Positions 60,701-64,000 of a stretch of 64,000 nt of DNA are shown piece after piece. The notes under the pieces are model-generated. The model was not told where the DNA came from. It saw only the letters and a list, made by a program, of their open reading frames with translations, and did not search any database. Where the stretch lies: the NCBI GenBank assembly GCA_051746865.1, contig JBNJFM010000001.1, positions 75,621 to 139,620 of the forward strand, given 5' to 3'. Made by a program: the position numbers and the translations under genes. Every line of letters starts with the position of its first letter. Position 1 is the first letter of the stretch. Source of the DNA: Pseudomonadota bacterium (GTDB taxonomy: Bacteria > Pseudomonadota > Gammaproteobacteria > Halothiobacillales > Halothiobacillaceae).

Positions 60701-62834
60701 CTTCGACGATCTGGCCCTCAAGGCCCGGGTCATCTACGTCTCCGCGATGTTCGTCCACCACTGGAACCACCACTGGTCCACGCTCACACCGCTGTTCCGG
60801 CAGGGCATCGAGGCCGGATACCAGTCCGGCGACCTGCTCTATCTGGCCTACAGCGCCCAGGACTGCGTCATCTGGGACCCGACGCTCGACCTGCCCGAGG
60901 CCACCCGGCGGCACGAGGAGAACCTGGAAATCGTTCGAGAATGCGACTACCGGGACTCCCTCGACTCGGCCACGCTGTTCCTGCAGATGCAGTATGCCTT
61001 CCAGGGCCACACGCGCGACCCACTGTCGCTGAGCGACGAGCAGTTCGACGAGATCGCCTGCCTCGACGGCATGCACGAGCGCCGTTTCATGACCGGCGTA
61101 GCCAACTACCACATCTACAAGGCCGAGATCTGCTTTTTGCACGAGGCCCCCGAACGGGCCCTGGAACACCTGGCAGACAGGGGTCGGCTGATCCGCTCGG
61201 CCATGTCGCTGCCGCAACTGGTGCGATTCCACCTGATCGAGTATCTCGCCCACCTCAGTTGCCACCCGAAACGGGCCGTCGACCCGGAGGATTCCGTGCA
61301 CCGCCTGGTCCACGAGGATCTCGACCGCATGCGTCGCTGGGCCCACAACTGCGAGGCCAACTTCCACCACCTGCACTGCCTGATGCAGGCCGAGATGCTT
61401 GCTGCCGCCGGCAAATCCGCCGAGGCGATCGAACGCTTCGAAGCCGCCATTCGGGCCGCGAGCGCCAGCGGTTTCATGCGCGACGAGGCCATCGCCTGCG
61501 AACGGGCCGCCGACCATCTCCTAGGCCAGGGGCTCTACCGGGCCGCCGAGGGCTACCTCAGGGCCGCCCACCGCATCTATTCACGCTGGGGCGCCCGGCG
61601 AAAGATTCGCCTGCTGGAAGAGCGTCACCCGGTACTCCACGAGATCGCGGGAGCAGCCGATGACATCGATCCCACCGGGATGGACGGCTGCAATCTGGAC
61701 CTGGCCTCCATCATGAAAGCATCGCGCGCCATCTCCGGCGAGATGCAGACCGAAAGCCTGCTGCGCACCACCATGGAAATCCTGCTGGAGAATGCCGGCG
61801 CGCAATGGGGCTGTCTCATCCGGCATGACGACCGCGGCACACGCGTCGAGACCACCGGCGGCGAAGTCCCCCGCACCGGCGACCACATCCCGCCGCATCT
61901 GCGCCTGGTCGACGAGAACGGACGCATGGTCCCGGTGCCGATGACGCTGGTCAGTCACGTGCTGGCCGCGGGCGAGACCGTAGTTCTCGACGACGCGACC
62001 GAAAGCGCCGACTACGCCGGGGATCCAAGCATCACGGCCCGGCACCCGCTATCCATCCTCTGCGTTCCGGTGCGCCACAAGGACTTCGTCGGCGCGCTTT
62101 ACCTCGAGAACAACCTGGCAACCGGCGCCTTCACGCGTGATCGCGCCGAGGTCGTCCGCCTGCTGGCCGCCCAGGCGACCGTCGCGCGGGAGAACGCACG
62201 CCTCTACGAGCAGGTCCGGGAATATTCGCACACCCTGGAAGCCCGGGTGGCCAAACGCACCCAACAGCTCGAACGACTCAACCGCGAATTGCAGAACCTC
62301 GCCGAACAGGACGGCCTGACCGGCCTGGCGAACCGTCGCCGTGGCGACGACTACCTCCAGGAGACCTGGGATGCCCTGCGCCGCGAGCGCCGCCCCCTGT
62401 CGGTGATCATGTTCGACGTCGACCATTTCAAGGCCTACAACGACAACTACGGTCACCCGACGGGAGATCAATGTCTGAAGACCATCAGCGAGGCCGTCGA
62501 CGAAACGCTCAACCGGCCGGCCGACCTGGCCGCGCGTTACGGGGGCGAGGAGTTCATGATCATCCTGCCCGACACCGAGGCGGACGGCGCGTTCACCATC
62601 GCCGAGCGGCTCCGACAGGCGGTCGAGGGCAGACGACTGCCCCACGCCTACTCCTCGACTGCCCCGGTCGTGACGATAAGCGTCGGCACGGCTACCGGGA
62701 CCCCCTCGATGGACAGCCGCCCCCAGGAGCTGCTCGACCGGTCCGACGAGGCGCTCTATCGCGCCAAGCACGCCGGGCGCAACCGGGTAATGTCGGCCGA
62801 GCAGACGTCCACCGCGACACAAGAAAGCGATTGA
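57750..62834 (+). CDS. multidomain signalling protein: kinase-like (predicted inactive) domain + AAA_16/STAND-type P-loop NTPase + helical repeats + GAF + GGDEF (GGEEF) diguanylate cyclase
   Basis: Start at the internal ATG 57750 within ORF 57594..62834. Kinase fold with YLSPEQTGRMNR, but HKA replaces HxD, GFG replaces DFG and AVE replaces AxK. Walker A GFSGVGKS and Walker B LVLFLDDLQWSD. GAF (..LCVPV..GALYLEN). RPAD-x5-GGEEF. Confidence 0.9.
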   Translation: MPGTGPTLPGYQLGPVLRRGRERIIYRAIRQGQERPLAVETLATDYPGRRQAAEIRRDGRIARELESLEGVLTVQDILPHGSGNIALVTEPVIDTLADRLARAEERRLPLAEVLDIGIRLADLLDEIHARHIIHKAITPETVRLDDGRLRLAGFGIASELDRERQSTMTTGMEDPLPYLSPEQTGRMNRELDYRSDYYSLGVTLFELLTGQRPFEADHVLEWAHRHISRLPPVPGDLVAEIPEPVSRIVLKLLAKNPEDRYQSGHGLATDLRRCIDSIDGGIPLDDFEPGQDDRSARFLLPQTLYGRERELQELMACFESAAGGGVEVCSVHGFSGVGKSALVNELDRSLVRKRGFFAQGKFDQFRRGSYGALADAFRGLVQQLLTEPESRLAEWRGKLSEALAPNGRLVLELVPELELVIGPQPPVAELPPAEARNRRQFVLTNFVGVFAGTDHPLVLFLDDLQWSDAPTRDLLAQLATTREIDHLLLIGAWRSNEVGPGHPLKLMLDALSAARPIRELAVEPLDRPSIRRLVADTLQTDVEAVRPLADLVYDKAQGNPFFTNELLQTLHDEGVIRADDNGWSWDLDAAIWAGLSDDIVSFMVNNLRKLPEETQRVLQLAACIGGTFDLDTLAVISDCTAGQTACALLPALRQHSIVPLQAEYRLIGATGSEADEPRDPNWNPSYRFVHDRVQQAAYTLSDGRRMEAVHLSIGRLMRRHAGDEPEGERLMAIVSHLDAGRTLIDDPEERLALARLNLRAGIHAREVAAYESALELLRIGHELLPEDAWSTQPDLFLALGREIQLCAYLTGRQEEAERWTDLLLERAETDLERVEFLSTRTRQFATLGRMEDSILAAIEGLARLGMEIEREPGPEAVARERELVSTNLSGRQIAELVDAPLLQDRRTLLAMRLLMEIFPAAFLSGSGNLFPYLVIKAVNLSLRHGNCPESAFAFAAYGMLLCGELDDPALGHEYGRVGLAINERFDDLALKARVIYVSAMFVHHWNHHWSTLTPLFRQGIEAGYQSGDLLYLAYSAQDCVIWDPTLDLPEATRRHEENLEIVRECDYRDSLDSATLFLQMQYAFQGHTRDPLSLSDEQFDEIACLDGMHERRFMTGVANYHIYKAEICFLHEAPERALEHLADRGRLIRSAMSLPQLVRFHLIEYLAHLSCHPKRAVDPEDSVHRLVHEDLDRMRRWAHNCEANFHHLHCLMQAEMLAAAGKSAEAIERFEAAIRAASASGFMRDEAIACERAADHLLGQGLYRAAEGYLRAAHRIYSRWGARRKIRLLEERHPVLHEIAGAADDIDPTGMDGCNLDLASIMKASRAISGEMQTESLLRTTMEILLENAGAQWGCLIRHDDRGTRVETTGGEVPRTGDHIPPHLRLVDENGRMVPVPMTLVSHVLAAGETVVLDDATESADYAGDPSITARHPLSILCVPVRHKDFVGALYLENNLATGAFTRDRAEVVRLLAAQATVARENARLYEQVREYSHTLEARVAKRTQQLERLNRELQNLAEQDGLTGLANRRRGDDYLQETWDALRRERRPLSVIMFDVDHFKAYNDNYGHPTGDQCLKTISEAVDETLNRPADLAARYGGEEFMIILPDTEADGAFTIAERLRQAVEGRRLPHAYSSTAPVVTISVGTATGTPSMDSRPQELLDRSDEALYRAKHAGRNRVMSAEQTSTATQESD

Positions 62835-62977
62835 GAACCCGATTGACGAGACGGGCTCGACCTCGGGGCGTTAGCGCGGCATTCTTGTGGATGTCCACGG
62901 GATCCTCCTGTCATGGATTGCTTGGTCGGCAAATTCAGCATCCATTGGATGGGTTCCGTGGCCAACCTATTGAGAGA

Positions 62978-63352
62978 TCACACCAGGGGCAGGAGATCCA
63001 GTTCGCGGCCCTCGTCGGGATCGTCGCTGTAATACGCCCGATAACCCCAGAACTTCTTCTGCTGCCAGAAGCCGCTCTGGACCACCGGTCCACCACGCGG
63101 ATCCGAGGATCGCGGGTCGACCTGGCGCAGCGCGTAGCGGTAACCGGGAATGCCGTCGATCTTGGTGCGGGGTCCCCACTGCAGCAGGTACCCACCCACC
63201 TGCGCCATCCGGTCGCGGTGATCGATCTTTGCGCCCGACGAGACCGGCACCTCGAGGAAGAGGTTTTCGGCTGCCGGATCCACCCGGTAGAGGCGGTAGG
63301 CGTCGTCATGCCGTGAGCGGCAGACAAGCAAGTCCCGGAATTGATCTGTCAT
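62978..63352 (-). CDS. hypothetical protein
   Basis: 124 aa with protein-like composition, rich in W/Y/D. Weak RBS. No family recognised. Confidence 0.4.
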   Translation of the reverse strand: MTDQFRDLLVCRSRHDDAYRLYRVDPAAENLFLEVPVSSGAKIDHRDRMAQVGGYLLQWGPRTKIDGIPGYRYALRQVDPRSSDPRGGPVVQSGFWQQKKFWGYRAYYSDDPDEGRELDLLPLV

Positions 63353-63608
63353 GGTTCACCGGTTCCCTGTGGTTCGAAAAAGGCGGCCGGCCGACAAAGT
63401 GTCGAGCGTAGCGCGCATCCCGGCAGGCTAGGAGCGCGTCGCGTGGAGCGATAGCCAAACGCACCGTTTTGCGCCCTGCGGCCGGCGGCGATAGCCTTTC
63501 CTGAACCGACAAGGGAAGGGATCCTGTCCGGGGCACCACTCCCATGAGCCGACCGTTCGGTCCCGGACTTGCCGCGGGACCCACCTGACAATCGCTACGG
63601 ACAGCGCC

Positions 63609-64000
63609 ATGCCAACACATGCTCCCGATCGACTCACCCTCGTCCTGGCCACGCTGGCGGTCCTCATGATGATCGCTGGCGTTGCGGCCATCGCGGTCGC
63701 CACGGTGCCCGCCGCCCCCACGGAGGTGACGGGCACCGCAGCGGTCGCCAGCCAATCGACGCCCCCTGCCGACTGGTACTCGATCGGCCGGCTACTGCTG
63801 GCAGGCGGCCTGGTCTTGGGCATGCTCGCCGCGGGCCTGCGGCTCCGCGCCCGCCGGGAGGAACGTGAACGGACAGCCCTTTTCGACGGGCTGGAGTCAT
63901 CCATCGGCCGGCGCGACTCGGATGCATTGCCTCCCAACAGCAACCCGAAGGCTCTTGACGCCGACTCGGTCGAGGTGGACGCCGCCGGCATCGAGTGGCT
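63609..64000 (+). CDS. hypothetical membrane protein, 5' partial (runs off the window)
   Basis: Not in the ORF track because no stop is reached. ATG at 63609, MPTHAPDRLTLVLATLAVLMMIAGVAAIAVATV.. plus a second hydrophobic segment. The frame is open to the window end. Confidence 0.35.
   Translation, partial: MPTHAPDRLTLVLATLAVLMMIAGVAAIAVATVPAAPTEVTGTAAVASQSTPPADWYSIGRLLLAGGLVLGMLAAGLRLRARREERERTALFDGLESSIGRRDSDALPPNSNPKALDADSVEVDAAGIEW

Overview
This is a high-GC chromosomal segment, roughly two-thirds G+C by eye. It is most consistent with a gammaproteobacterial sulfur-oxidiser or halophile lineage, but that is inferred from gene content only.

About 57 protein-coding genes are tightly packed on both strands. 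Many are joined by 1-, 4- or 8-nt start/stop overlaps. I recognised no rRNA, tRNA, CRISPR array, transposase, integrase or phage genes. All product names come from motifs and family recognition by eye, because no database search was possible.

Most of the window is housekeeping or stress genes: katG with an OxyR-type box, trpB-purT, class I FBA, djlA, nrdJ, wrbA, MscS, ZntB/ZIP metal transporters and an ArsR-controlled arsenic/thiol cluster.

The parts that deserve a second look are:
1. A duplicated, translationally coupled ATP-grasp ligase + CocE/NonD (S15) hydrolase module. The two copies bracket an amino-acid symporter island and are flanked by a CapA-like gene and a trio of DUF2173/Roadblock-like paralogs. 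One ligase copy carries a +1 frameshift and is preceded by a coupled 14-codon uORF.
2. A 1694-aa signalling protein with a catalytically dead kinase domain, a STAND-type P-loop, a GAF domain and a GGEEF domain. It appears to sit in an operon with a gamma-glutamylcyclotransferase-like gene.
3. A Lon-like protease with apparently degenerate Walker motifs, coupled to a tandem-USP-like protein.
4. A periplasmic CpxP/Spy/ZraP-like protein carrying a recently expanded 42-bp (GYGPGGNYGPGMMQ) Met-rich repeat array, with unusual palindromes upstream.
5. A secreted-protein neighbourhood: a four-repeat PPC-like protein, an 868-aa HExxH protein and an orphan secreted partner.

The many long antisense ORFs in the track are high-GC shadow frames and were not called.
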